From: Promethearchaeota archaeon
GTDB lineage: Archaea > Asgardarchaeota > Lokiarchaeia > Sigyniarchaeales > SOKP01
NCBI GenBank assembly: GCA_048940645.1
Contig: JBHLOI010000001.1
Location: 1 to 64,000, forward strand
Direction of reading: 5' to 3'
Length of the DNA stretch: 64,000 nucleotides
Positions 22,371 through 32,135 of this stretch are shown in pieces (the first letter of the stretch is position 1; each line of letters opens with the position of its first letter). A model generated the notes under the pieces. The model did not search any database and was not told where the DNA came from. It saw only the letters and a list, made by a program, of their open reading frames with translations. Made by a program: the position numbers and the translations under genes.

Positions 22371-23131
22371 TGAGTATATTAAAGAAATTTTTAATTTATA
22401 GGAATGATGGTAATAGAAATATCCGTTATGACCAATTTGAGATTCCAATTAAAAAAGGAATGAGTATATTAGAAGCTCTTTTTTACATACAAGATTATTT
22501 TGATTCAAGTCTCGCATTTCGTTATGCTTGTAGAGGTGCTATTTGTGGATCCTGTGGAATGACCATTGATAAAGTACCTTTATTAGCATGTAGAACTCAA
22601 GTTTCTATGGTTAAAACTATGAAAAAACCAATAAATTTACCAGAGTTTAAATTTGGTGATAATTCAAGCTGGAATAAAGAAAATGAAATTCTAATTGAAC
22701 CTTTACCCAATATGGCAGTTTTAAAAGATTTAGTAGTAGATATGGAACCTTTCTGGAAATTCTATAAAGAAGTAGAGCCATATTTTGCGAGGAGTTGGAA
22801 TGATATTGCCCCAGAATCAACACAATCTCCAACTCAAATGAAAACGATTGAGCCTTTGGTCTACTGTATATTATGTGGATTATGTTGGGCTTGCCCTGTA
22901 AATAAAAAGAATCCGAATTATTTAGGACCTGCTCAATTAGCTAAGGCAAACCGATTTGTAAGGGATTCTCGTATTGATGATCAAATAAAAAACACAATTC
23001 TATCTCGGATTTTAGAAGATGATGCTGTTCCAGCATGTGAAAAATTTTTCGTGTGCAATAGGGTATGTCCTAAACAAGTCTTACCGGGTACGGCAATTAA
23101 AGACTTCAGAGATAATTGGATTCAAGAATAG
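22370..23131 (+). CDS. sdhB: Succinate dehydrogenase/fumarate reductase iron-sulfur subunit
   Basis: CRGAICGSC..LAC [2Fe-2S], CILCGLCWACP and CEKFFVCNRVCP motifs; TAATG overlap with sdhA. Confidence 0.9.
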   Translation: MSILKKFLIYRNDGNRNIRYDQFEIPIKKGMSILEALFYIQDYFDSSLAFRYACRGAICGSCGMTIDKVPLLACRTQVSMVKTMKKPINLPEFKFGDNSSWNKENEILIEPLPNMAVLKDLVVDMEPFWKFYKEVEPYFARSWNDIAPESTQSPTQMKTIEPLVYCILCGLCWACPVNKKNPNYLGPAQLAKANRFVRDSRIDDQIKNTILSRILEDDAVPACEKFFVCNRVCPKQVLPGTAIKDFRDNWIQE

Positions 23132-23146
23132 AAATCAAATTTTTTA

Positions 23147-23701
23147 TCAATCTTTCTCTTTTTTCTTAAAATTACTGGATTTCGAATCTTTTAGATAAAT
23201 TCTTTTATCTTTGAACATCAACATTTTATAGAGTAGATATATAATTCCAAAAAGACTAATTAAACAAACTAAGAATATAGCAGCCATTTTTAACAATACC
23301 AAAGAAATGGGGGGAAATTCATTAGGTTCTACAACATGAAGTAAATATATGATGTTAATGCAGTGGCCGTAACACGAGCGGCCTATTCCACTTGAGTGAA
23401 ATATTCCAATAGCATTTACTTCTAAACCATTTTGCATATATTCAGGGTAATCATCGGGATTAGCTATAACAAATACAGATGAACATGACGAATCATCAAA
23501 TACTATTAAATATCCAGGACGATACGTCGTCCTTAGGGATGTACCCCTAATTGTAGCCTTTCCGTATATGAACTTCTTACTCAATATAAAACATAAAGAG
23601 ATGATAATACAAAAAGCGATAACGCTAAAAATCTGTTTATTCTTTATCTTTATTAGTTCATCATTTCCTCTAACTTCTTTTGATAGTTCAGTCGTACTCA
23701 T
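23147..23701 (-). CDS. Hypothetical membrane protein (two TM helices flanking a small soluble domain)
   Basis: 184-aa ORF with two hydrophobic segments. Confidence 0.55.
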   Translation of the reverse strand: MSTTELSKEVRGNDELIKIKNKQIFSVIAFCIIISLCFILSKKFIYGKATIRGTSLRTTYRPGYLIVFDDSSCSSVFVIANPDDYPEYMQNGLEVNAIGIFHSSGIGRSCYGHCINIIYLLHVVEPNEFPPISLVLLKMAAIFLVCLISLFGIIYLLYKMLMFKDKRIYLKDSKSSNFKKKEKD

Positions 23702-23781
23702 TTGGAAATAAACTTTTTTTATAAGCTTTCTAATTTAGTCTTTACAAATATAGATAATTCTTCAATTTAAAAACATTGGTG

Positions 23782-23815
23782 TGTTCAAACTTTTGAACAG
23801 CAATTAACAGCAATT
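23782..23815. promoter_or_regulatory. Putative operator: inverted repeat TGTTCAAA-ct-TTTGAACA overlapping a tandem 10-bp repeat (AACAGCAATT)x2
   Basis: Perfect 8-bp inverted repeat at 23782-23799 and direct repeat at 23796-23815, in a divergent intergenic region upstream of a wHTH gene. Confidence 0.5.
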
Positions 23816-23892
23816 TGCATTATTTAAAGGAATTTAATAATGTTTAAAAACTGAAAATGGATAAACAATATTAAGGAGGAATTGGATTCACA

Positions 23893-24666
23893 ATGGTATT
23901 TAAAGAAGTAGAATATAAGGATAAAAGTTCTACAGAGGTTAAATCTCGAAAAACGTATTCAAAAAATATTATAAGTTATTTTCTCAAAAAAATTTTACAT
24001 TATCTTACTATTTTGCACGGAATAATAACAATCATATTTTTAATAATGTATTTTCAAGGAGTAATTAGTCAAGTAAACATAGTATTTTATCTATATTTCT
24101 CTATAGTTGTCTTTATTGTTTATGGCTTTATGATCCTGGGGATTAACATATTACAGAAATCTGAAATTGACGCATTTATTTATAAACCTACTAAAATAGT
24201 AAAACCTATAAAAGAAGCTAAAGCAGAATTATCTGAAGATTTACTGCAAGGCAAAACACTTCAAATTTACTGGTATATCTTTACTCATGGTCATGCTGGT
24301 GTTAGGGAGATTCAGAAAGCATTAAATTTATCCTCTTCTGGAACAGTTTCTTATCAAATAACTAAATTATTGGAAGCTGGAGTTATATCGAAGAACTCTG
24401 AAGAAGGTAAATATTCACTAAATGAAGAAATAAAAATTGGAATATTAAAGTTCTTTATACGCATTGGTAATCGAGTGATCCCACGAATTTCTTTATATTT
24501 AATCGTCTACATGTTGGGTTTTATTGTATATTTTATTCTTGCTATAATAAGAGGGAATGAATTTGTTACTGACCCGGTTAGTTTACTTTTATTAACCTTT
24601 TTGATTTTAGGAATGGTTATATTTATTCTCGAGGCATTAAAAATTAGGAAATTAAAACCTATTTAA
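23893..24666 (+). CDS. Membrane-anchored winged-helix transcriptional regulator
   Basis: Central GVREIQKALNLSSSGTVSYQITKLLEAG HTH flanked by two N-terminal and two C-terminal TM segments. Confidence 0.75.
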   Translation: MVFKEVEYKDKSSTEVKSRKTYSKNIISYFLKKILHYLTILHGIITIIFLIMYFQGVISQVNIVFYLYFSIVVFIVYGFMILGINILQKSEIDAFIYKPTKIVKPIKEAKAELSEDLLQGKTLQIYWYIFTHGHAGVREIQKALNLSSSGTVSYQITKLLEAGVISKNSEEGKYSLNEEIKIGILKFFIRIGNRVIPRISLYLIVYMLGFIVYFILAIIRGNEFVTDPVSLLLLTFLILGMVIFILEALKIRKLKPI

Positions 24667-24733
24667 TCTATTTTCTTATTAACTTAGTTATATAAGAAAC
24701 AAACCTTAAATAATTAAAAAAAAGGAAAAAAAA

Positions 24734-25096
24734 TTATTCTATTTCAATTTCAACAGTATCTTTCAATGTGTCTAAATAAGGAACTTCAATCTTTAACAAT
24801 CCATTGTTATAGGTTGATTTAGCTTTTTCTGTATCTACTGGGCAACATAATTGAAAAAGACCACCATACTTTAATGTATCAGATTCGCCATAAATAATTA
24901 AATTGTCCTTATTCATTTTTAGCTTAATCGTGTCTTTCTCTACACCAGGTAATATTACTTCAATTATATAACCAGTACTGTCTTCATTATCATACATGCA
25001 TAACTCTGGAATAATATATCTTGTTTTAGGTTCTTCTTCTGTTTCTTCAATATCACTTTTTTCTTCTACTTCTGCTAATTCTTCCAATATTTTCAC
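24734..25096 (-). CDS. Hsp20/alpha-crystallin small heat-shock protein
   Basis: EVILPGVEKDTI and AKSTYNNGLLKIEVP motifs; true start may be TTG at 25087 after GGTGA. Confidence 0.85.
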   Translation of the reverse strand: MKILEELAEVEEKSDIEETEEEPKTRYIIPELCMYDNEDSTGYIIEVILPGVEKDTIKLKMNKDNLIIYGESDTLKYGGLFQLCCPVDTEKAKSTYNNGLLKIEVPYLDTLKDTVEIEIE

Positions 25097-25352
25097 CTTT
25101 AATTTTTTATAGTCTCTAATTAAATAAATAGCTAAATCTAGCCATTTCTATGTTCGTATTATAAATTATTAAATAATTATTTGAATTAAGTTAATAAAGT
25201 TAAGCAATTATCAAAATCCACTTTCATATTTAATGTTTGAAACTTCTAAATTAGGAATAACTTATAAATTGATTATTAAAAAATAGAATTTATAGTGTAT
25301 TAATATAAACTTTTTTTATAGTTTTGATCTTTATTACCTTATTAATAATTAT

Positions 25353-26756
25353 ATGAGTGTTGAGAAAATCTTGGATTTTCGTATAGAAAAAGATATATTG
25401 GGCGATATAGAAGTTCCTAGTGATGTTTATTGGGGTATTAATACTCAAAGAGCTATAAAAAATTTTAATATAAGTGGTAAAACTTTTCCAGAAATTTTTA
25501 TCATATCTTTGGCACAATTAAAGAAGGCTTGCCTTTTAGCTAATCTCGATATTAATTTAATTGAACATGACATTGGTGAAGCTATTCTTAAAGCTTTAAA
25601 CGAAATCTTAGAAGAGAATAGGCATTTGGACCAGTTTCCAATTGATATCTTTCAAACAGGGAGCGGTACACAGACTAATATGAATATGAATGAAGTTTTA
25701 GCTAATAGAGCAAATCAAATACTTGGGCATCCTATGGGTCAAAAAAAGCCCGTGCATCCAAACGATCACGTTAATAAAGGGCAATCCTCCAATGATGTAA
25801 TTCCTAGCACCATGCATATATCTTCCTTATATATAATAAAGAAAAACTTGTTTCCTTCTTTAGATAGATTGATAGAATCTTTATCAAAAAAAATTGAAGA
25901 ATTCAAAGATATTGTCAAAGTTGGTAGAACACATCTTCAAGATGCGGTACCTATACCCTTATCATTAGAATTTGAAGTTTATAAAAAACAAATTGAAACA
26001 AATAAAGAAAGATTGAAAAGAATATGCGAAGAACTTCATTATATTCCAATAGGTGGTACAGCAGTAGGAACTGGATTAGGTACCCATGAAAAATTTTCTG
26101 AACTCGCAGTTAATCATCTTTCAAAAATAACTAATATACCATTTAAAGTTAATCCAATCATGGCAGAAGGTATTTCTTCTCATAATATTATTGTTAATGC
26201 AAGCAGTGGTATTAGATTACTTGCTCTTTCCTTATTGAAAATGGCAAATGATATCAGATGGATGGGTAGTGGGCCAAGAACGGGTCTATCTGAACTGATT
26301 TTACCCCAAAATGAACCAGGGTCCTCAATTATGCCTGGAAAAGTTAATCCAACTCAATCTGAGGCATTGATACAAGTATGTCTACAAATCATTGGAAATG
26401 ATTCAGTTATTTCATTTGCAGAAGCTTATGGTAGTATTTTAGATTTAAATGTCTGCAAACCTATTATGATTGTTAATTTACTTAACTCAATCCAGATTCT
26501 AAGTAATGCAATTAATTCTTTTATGGAAAATTGTTTATTAGATATAGAAGCCAACCAAGATCATATTAAATCTCAACTTGAACGATTACTGATGATTGTC
26601 ACAAATTTAACACCTATACTTGGTTATGATAAATGTTCTGCAATTGCAATGAAAGCTTATGATGAAAATAAAAGTATTAAAGAAGTTATTGATGAGATGG
26701 GTTTAAAATTTGAAGAAGACTTAGATAAACTTTTAGATCCTAAAAGAATGGTTTGA
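25353..26756 (+). CDS. fumC: Fumarate hydratase class II
   Basis: QTGSGTQTNMNMNEV, HPNDHVNKGQSSND, GRTHLQDA, GSSIMPGKVNP signature. Confidence 0.93.
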   Translation: MSVEKILDFRIEKDILGDIEVPSDVYWGINTQRAIKNFNISGKTFPEIFIISLAQLKKACLLANLDINLIEHDIGEAILKALNEILEENRHLDQFPIDIFQTGSGTQTNMNMNEVLANRANQILGHPMGQKKPVHPNDHVNKGQSSNDVIPSTMHISSLYIIKKNLFPSLDRLIESLSKKIEEFKDIVKVGRTHLQDAVPIPLSLEFEVYKKQIETNKERLKRICEELHYIPIGGTAVGTGLGTHEKFSELAVNHLSKITNIPFKVNPIMAEGISSHNIIVNASSGIRLLALSLLKMANDIRWMGSGPRTGLSELILPQNEPGSSIMPGKVNPTQSEALIQVCLQIIGNDSVISFAEAYGSILDLNVCKPIMIVNLLNSIQILSNAINSFMENCLLDIEANQDHIKSQLERLLMIVTNLTPILGYDKCSAIAMKAYDENKSIKEVIDEMGLKFEEDLDKLLDPKRMV

Positions 26757-26771
26757 TGAGGTGATTATATA

Positions 26772-27824
26772 TTGTCTGAAAATTTATCCTTAGAAGATAT
26801 TCGTGAGGAAGCAAGAAAGAAATTAATGGGAATTTGCGGGGTTTACAAAATATGTGACGGAGATTCAATAAGAATTTGTCAAGGTCAGAGTTATGGAAGA
26901 GCCTTGAATTTTGGTGGAATTGGAAGTGGATCTAGTTTTTATAATAATGTTAAAGCGTTAAAGAAAATTAATCTGAAAATGCAGTTAATTGGAGAACATT
27001 TTGAACCGGATACTTCATATGATCTCTTTGGAAACAAGTTAAGTATGCCGATTATGGGAGCTAGTGTAGCAGGTGTGAATAGTTTTGGTGGTGAGAAAGT
27101 AATAACAGAACAAGAATTTTGCCGTTCTGTTGTATTTGGATGTAAAAAAGCTGGAACTGTAGGTTGGCGAGGGGATACTTATACATATTCCATTGAAAAC
27201 TCATATGGAATTGATGCTATTGCTGAAGCAGACGGGTGGGGTGTTAAAATAGTAAAACCTAGAGATCAGGAAACAATAAAACAATTTTTCAAAAAATCTG
27301 AAGAAGCTGAATGTATTGCTGTAGGTATTGACATAGACGGTTGCGGATCATATGCCATGGCTACCCATAATAAACCTGTTTATCGTAAAAATGTTGAGGA
27401 GATCAAAGAAATTGTTTCTGATACAAAATTACCAGTTATTATTAAGGGAATCATGTGTATTGAAGATGCCCAATTAGCCTATGAAGCAGGAGCTTCTGCA
27501 ATTGTTGTATCTAATCATGGTGGAAGGGTTCTAGACCATACACCAGGGACTGCTGAAGTTTTACCTGATATAGCTGCAAATTTTAAAGGGAAAACAAAAA
27601 TAGTTGTAGATGGGGGAATTAGAACCGGTTATGACGTACTTAAAATGCTTGCCTTAGGAGCGGAAGCAGTATTAATAGGGCGGGATATAGTTAGAGCCGC
27701 GGTTGGGGCAGGAATTGAAGGAGTAAAAATCCATATGGATTATATGAGAAAAACTTTAGCAAAAGCAATGAAGATGACAAATTGTAAAAACTTGAGTGAA
27801 ATAAATGCTAATATTCTCTGTTAA
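26772..27824 (+). CDS. FMN-dependent alpha-hydroxy acid dehydrogenase (lactate/glycolate oxidase family)
   Basis: IIKGI, VSNHGGRVLD, VDGGIRTGYDVLKMLALGA, IGR; N-terminal Cys motif CGVYKICDG..RIC. Confidence 0.88.
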   Translation: MSENLSLEDIREEARKKLMGICGVYKICDGDSIRICQGQSYGRALNFGGIGSGSSFYNNVKALKKINLKMQLIGEHFEPDTSYDLFGNKLSMPIMGASVAGVNSFGGEKVITEQEFCRSVVFGCKKAGTVGWRGDTYTYSIENSYGIDAIAEADGWGVKIVKPRDQETIKQFFKKSEEAECIAVGIDIDGCGSYAMATHNKPVYRKNVEEIKEIVSDTKLPVIIKGIMCIEDAQLAYEAGASAIVVSNHGGRVLDHTPGTAEVLPDIAANFKGKTKIVVDGGIRTGYDVLKMLALGAEAVLIGRDIVRAAVGAGIEGVKIHMDYMRKTLAKAMKMTNCKNLSEINANILC

Positions 27825-27934
27825 TTTTCATTTAAACTATTTTTATTAATGATTTAAAAGCCTAATAATTAAATATTTCACTTCTTTACTTAAAGCTAAA
27901 CTGGAAATTTACAAAAATTAACCATGTAAAAACC

Positions 27935-29197
27935 ATGAATAAAGAAGTAAATAAGTGTGAGACTCCAGATACCTTTGTTTGCGAAGATTATGCAGAGGAG
28001 GAACAAAAACTCTGTGAGCTAGATCAATCAAAAACCTATAAAGGTTTAGTTGGAATTTATGTAGATGAGAGTTTAATCACTTACATTGATGGAATCCAAG
28101 GAAAATTATATTATAGGGGTTATACACTTGAGGATTTAGTCAAGAAATCTTCTTTTGAAGAAGTAGCGTATCTATTAATATATGGAAAATTACCAACAAG
28201 TTCCCAACTTCAAAATTTTAATGAACAATTAGTTAAAGAACGAAATATTCCTGATAATATTTTAACTATTCTCAAAATGTATCCTAGAAATACAACACGA
28301 ATCGAATTATTAAGAACTTCCATTTCAGCCTTATCTCTTTACGATCCAGATGATTATGATTTTTCTGAAGAGGCAAATATTCGGAAAGGGATAAGAATTA
28401 TCGCCAAAATACCTACTGTTTTAGCTTTTTCTCATAGAATTCAAAGCAATTTGCCGTTGATAGAACCTTCAGATGAATTATCTCATGCGTGTAATTATTA
28501 TTATATGATGACTGGAGAAGTTCCGAATAAGGAATTTGAGGATGCATTTGATAAGATTCTAATTTGCCATATGGACCACTCAATCAATAGTAGCACCTTT
28601 TCTTGTCGTGTAACTGTATCAACTCTATCAGATATCTACAGTGGAATCACAAGTGCTATTGGAACATTAAGAGGTCCTCTCCATGGAGGAGCAAACGAGA
28701 GAGTTATGAGACTTATGTTAGAAGAAATAAAGAAAAAGGAAAATGTTATTCCCTGGGCTAAATCAAAACTTGAAAATAAAGAGAAAATTATGGGTTTTGG
28801 ACATAGAGTATATAAAACTTGGGATCCAAGGGCTAAAATTCTAAGAGAAATGTCAAAGAAATTGTGGCATCATCCAGATGTAATTGAAAAAATTCCCGAT
28901 ATAGTACACGAAAGGGAGCATGAAGAAATTGATAATATTTTTGAAATGACGGAAATACTTACAGATTTTATGATAAAAACTAAAAATATCTATCCAAATG
29001 TTGATTTATATTCCGCAGGAGCATTACACGCATTAGGCATCCCTACCCCTATATTTACACCTCTCTTTGCCGCTTCTAGAAGTGCTGGTTGGGTTGCACA
29101 TGCGATTGAACAATTATCTGATAATAAATTAATAAGACCAAGACTCCGATATATTGGAGAATTAAATAAAAAATATATAAAAATAGAAGACAGATAA
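27935..29197 (+). CDS. gltA: Citrate synthase (or 2-methylcitrate synthase)
   Basis: LYYRGY, GPLHGGANE, MGFGHRVYK..DPR, PNVD, RSAGWVAH, LIRP. Confidence 0.88.
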   Translation: MNKEVNKCETPDTFVCEDYAEEEQKLCELDQSKTYKGLVGIYVDESLITYIDGIQGKLYYRGYTLEDLVKKSSFEEVAYLLIYGKLPTSSQLQNFNEQLVKERNIPDNILTILKMYPRNTTRIELLRTSISALSLYDPDDYDFSEEANIRKGIRIIAKIPTVLAFSHRIQSNLPLIEPSDELSHACNYYYMMTGEVPNKEFEDAFDKILICHMDHSINSSTFSCRVTVSTLSDIYSGITSAIGTLRGPLHGGANERVMRLMLEEIKKKENVIPWAKSKLENKEKIMGFGHRVYKTWDPRAKILREMSKKLWHHPDVIEKIPDIVHEREHEEIDNIFEMTEILTDFMIKTKNIYPNVDLYSAGALHALGIPTPIFTPLFAASRSAGWVAHAIEQLSDNKLIRPRLRYIGELNKKYIKIEDR

Positions 29198-29225
29198 CTT
29201 CTGTCCTTTAGAAAATTGGTTAAGA

Positions 29226-31190
29226 GTGATGGAAAAAGGTTATAATGTTTCTCAAAAATTAATAAAATCCCATCTTTTAGAAGGAGAGATGATTGCTGCT
29301 CAGGAAATCGGCTTGAAGATTGATCAAACTCTAACTCAGGACGCTACAGGAACAATGGTAATGCTTGAATTAGAGGCTATGGAGTTGGATAGAGTAAAAA
29401 CTGATATTTCAGTTCAATATGTGGATCACAATCTTATAAGAGCTGATTTTAAAAATTCAGATGACCATTTATTCCTTTATACTGCTTGTCAAAGATTTGG
29501 ATTATGGTATAGCAGACCAGGAAATGGTGTGAGTCATCCAATTCATATGGAAAGATTTGGAATCCCTGGTAAGTCTCTTTTAGGATCTGATTCTCATACT
29601 CCTGCGGGAGGCTCTTTAGGGATGTTAGCGATTGGGGCAGGTGGGTTAGAAGTAGCGTTAGCAATGGCAGGAAATCCTCTTTATATTAAGATGCCTGAAA
29701 TTTGGGGGGTAAAGTTAGTTGGAGAGCTTTCAGAATGGGTTAGCGCAAAAGACATCATTTTGGAGATGTTGCGACGACATGGTGTTAAAGGAGGAGTAAA
29801 CCGAATTATTGAATATTACGGACCGGGATTAAAATCGTTATCTGCTATGGATAGACATGTTATAGCTAATATGGGGACTGAATTAGGTGCTACTACAACT
29901 GTGTTTCCTTCTGATGGAGTTGTTAAGCATTTTATGGACCAACAGGAAAGAATGAATGAATGGAAAGAATTAAATGCAGATGAAAATTGTGAATATGATA
30001 TATATGAAGAGATCGATTTATCTAAAATCGAACCTCTGATTGCATTACCAAGCAGCCCAGGCAAGGTTAAACCTGTTACCGAAGTAGCAGGAAAAGATAT
30101 TTTGCAATCTTACGTTGGATCTTCTGCCAATCCAGGTTTACGTGATTTTGCTATCTGTGCTCTAATGTTAAAGGATCAAAAGATTAAAGACACTGTTTCT
30201 TATGATGTGAATCCATCAACTAGACAAGTATTAGAAAATTTACTTGAAATGGGGCTTTTGAGAGAATTTGTGAAAGCGGGTGCTCGAATCCATGAACCAG
30301 GATGTAATGGATGTATTGGAATGGGTCAAGCTCCACCCACGGATGCGATTAGTCTAAGAACAGTTCCTCGTAACTTTCCTGGAAGATCAGGCACAAAGGG
30401 GGACCAAGTTTACCTTTGTAGTCCAGAAACTGCAACTGCTTCGGCATTAAAAGGAGTTATAACTGATCCGCGAACTTTATCTATGCCTTATCCTAAGTAT
30501 TTCGAACCAAAGAAGCTAATTATTAACAGGAATATGTTAATTCCTCCACCAATTAAATGCTTGACAATTGATTTGAGAAAAGGACCAAATATCATATCCT
30601 TACCTCAATTTTCAAAATTACCTGATAGCTTAGAACTACCAGTTATTTTGAAAGTTGGAGATAACATTTCAACAGATGAAATTATGCCTGCGGGAGCAAA
30701 AGTTTTACCTTTTAGAAGTAATATCCCAGAAATTAGTAAGTATGTCTATGAAATAGTGGATAAAAACTTCTATAGTCGGGCTCTTAAATATAAGGAAGAA
30801 GGATTTGCTATAATAGGTGGGGAGAACTATGGTCAAGGATCGAGTAGAGAACATGCCGCAATAGCTCCTCGTTACCTAGGTTTAAGAATAGTAATAGCAA
30901 AATCTTTTGCTAGAATCCATTGGCAAAATTTGACTAATTTTGGTATCCTACCGTTAACTTTTGAAAATAAACAAGATTGGGATAGCATCGATCAAAATAA
31001 CAGATTAATTATTCATAATGTTAGAGAAGAAATTGAAAATAATGTCAATATTAAAGTTATAAATGAAACTAAAAAAGAAACTTATGATACTAAGCACAGC
31101 TTAAGTAAACGACAAATTAAAGCGGTTCTTGCTGGTAGTTTGATTAATTTAAAACCTGAAGTGGAGGCAAGGATTTGTGAATTTGATTAA
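29226..31190 (+). CDS. Aconitate hydratase, short (about 650 aa) type; first cluster Cys replaced by Ser
   Basis: DQTLTQDATGT, DHN, GSDSHT, VGSSANP, GCNGCIG, RNF.GR, STDEIMP, GQGSSREHAA. Confidence 0.85.
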   Translation: MMEKGYNVSQKLIKSHLLEGEMIAAQEIGLKIDQTLTQDATGTMVMLELEAMELDRVKTDISVQYVDHNLIRADFKNSDDHLFLYTACQRFGLWYSRPGNGVSHPIHMERFGIPGKSLLGSDSHTPAGGSLGMLAIGAGGLEVALAMAGNPLYIKMPEIWGVKLVGELSEWVSAKDIILEMLRRHGVKGGVNRIIEYYGPGLKSLSAMDRHVIANMGTELGATTTVFPSDGVVKHFMDQQERMNEWKELNADENCEYDIYEEIDLSKIEPLIALPSSPGKVKPVTEVAGKDILQSYVGSSANPGLRDFAICALMLKDQKIKDTVSYDVNPSTRQVLENLLEMGLLREFVKAGARIHEPGCNGCIGMGQAPPTDAISLRTVPRNFPGRSGTKGDQVYLCSPETATASALKGVITDPRTLSMPYPKYFEPKKLIINRNMLIPPPIKCLTIDLRKGPNIISLPQFSKLPDSLELPVILKVGDNISTDEIMPAGAKVLPFRSNIPEISKYVYEIVDKNFYSRALKYKEEGFAIIGGENYGQGSSREHAAIAPRYLGLRIVIAKSFARIHWQNLTNFGILPLTFENKQDWDSIDQNNRLIIHNVREEIENNVNIKVINETKKETYDTKHSLSKRQIKAVLAGSLINLKPEVEARICEFD

Positions 31191-31388
31191 TTTTTCTTAT
31201 CTTAAATCTTCTTGAGGGATATAAATCGCAACTTCACATTTTTCTTCTCCTTTAAGAAGTGATTTTAATAGTTTAATTTTTATCGGTTTTTCGTATATAT
31301 AAATATTTATATGAATAATATACATTACTGTCAAATACAAAACTGTATGAAATAAAAACTTAAAATACTACCATAAACCTAAAAGAGG

Positions 31389-32102
31389 GTGATGAAAATT
31401 AAGAAAATGAAATTTGGATTTGCAGCTTTAATTTTATTAACTGTAATGTTTTCAGTATCATCCCCAGTTTTTGCTTTTGATATAAATGTCCCGTCAGAGG
31501 GTTTAGAAGCCAAGGCTTCGGGTACTTATGCTGGCCAAGCGCTTTCGATCCATTTAACATACACTCATTCTTCAGGAAATATATATCATGCTCATGTAGC
31601 TATGACTGGTTATTTAGATGGATATATGGCTTGGAATGTAGATAGCATTACAAGAGTAATATCAAGTCCAACATCAGACATGGGCTTTGCCCTTGTTTCG
31701 GGTAGTCATGATATGTGTTGGATTATAATAACAGGTGTTTCTATAGGAAATTATATCCCTCTCTCAACTAATGGATATGGAGATTATTCTTATGAAGTAA
31801 TTGCGCAAGAAATCATTACTACTGCTGGAGCAAGTACAACTTGTTGGAAGTTGGAACATGCAGACTCTGGAAGTTTAATGTGGTTTGATGTAGATTCGGG
31901 AATAAATCTTAAAGGCATTATGGATATTGGTGGTGGTTACTTCATGGAATGGACAGTAACAGAGCTAATTACACCAGGTATTCCAGGGTTTGAATTATTA
32001 TTTGTAGTGATTAGTATTGCTGTTGCATTTTTAACAATACTTACTTGGAAAAAAATATCCATAATAAAGGGATATCCAATAAAAGAAATAAAATTTGATT
32101 AA
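31389..32102 (+). CDS. Secreted/surface protein with C-terminal IPGF sorting-signal-like tail
   Basis: N-terminal signal peptide; PGIPGFEL followed by TM helix and basic residues. Confidence 0.7.
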   Translation: MMKIKKMKFGFAALILLTVMFSVSSPVFAFDINVPSEGLEAKASGTYAGQALSIHLTYTHSSGNIYHAHVAMTGYLDGYMAWNVDSITRVISSPTSDMGFALVSGSHDMCWIIITGVSIGNYIPLSTNGYGDYSYEVIAQEIITTAGASTTCWKLEHADSGSLMWFDVDSGINLKGIMDIGGGYFMEWTVTELITPGIPGFELLFVVISIAVAFLTILTWKKISIIKGYPIKEIKFD

Positions 32103-32135
32103 GTTCATAGATAATTTTCTATAAAGGTATTATTC

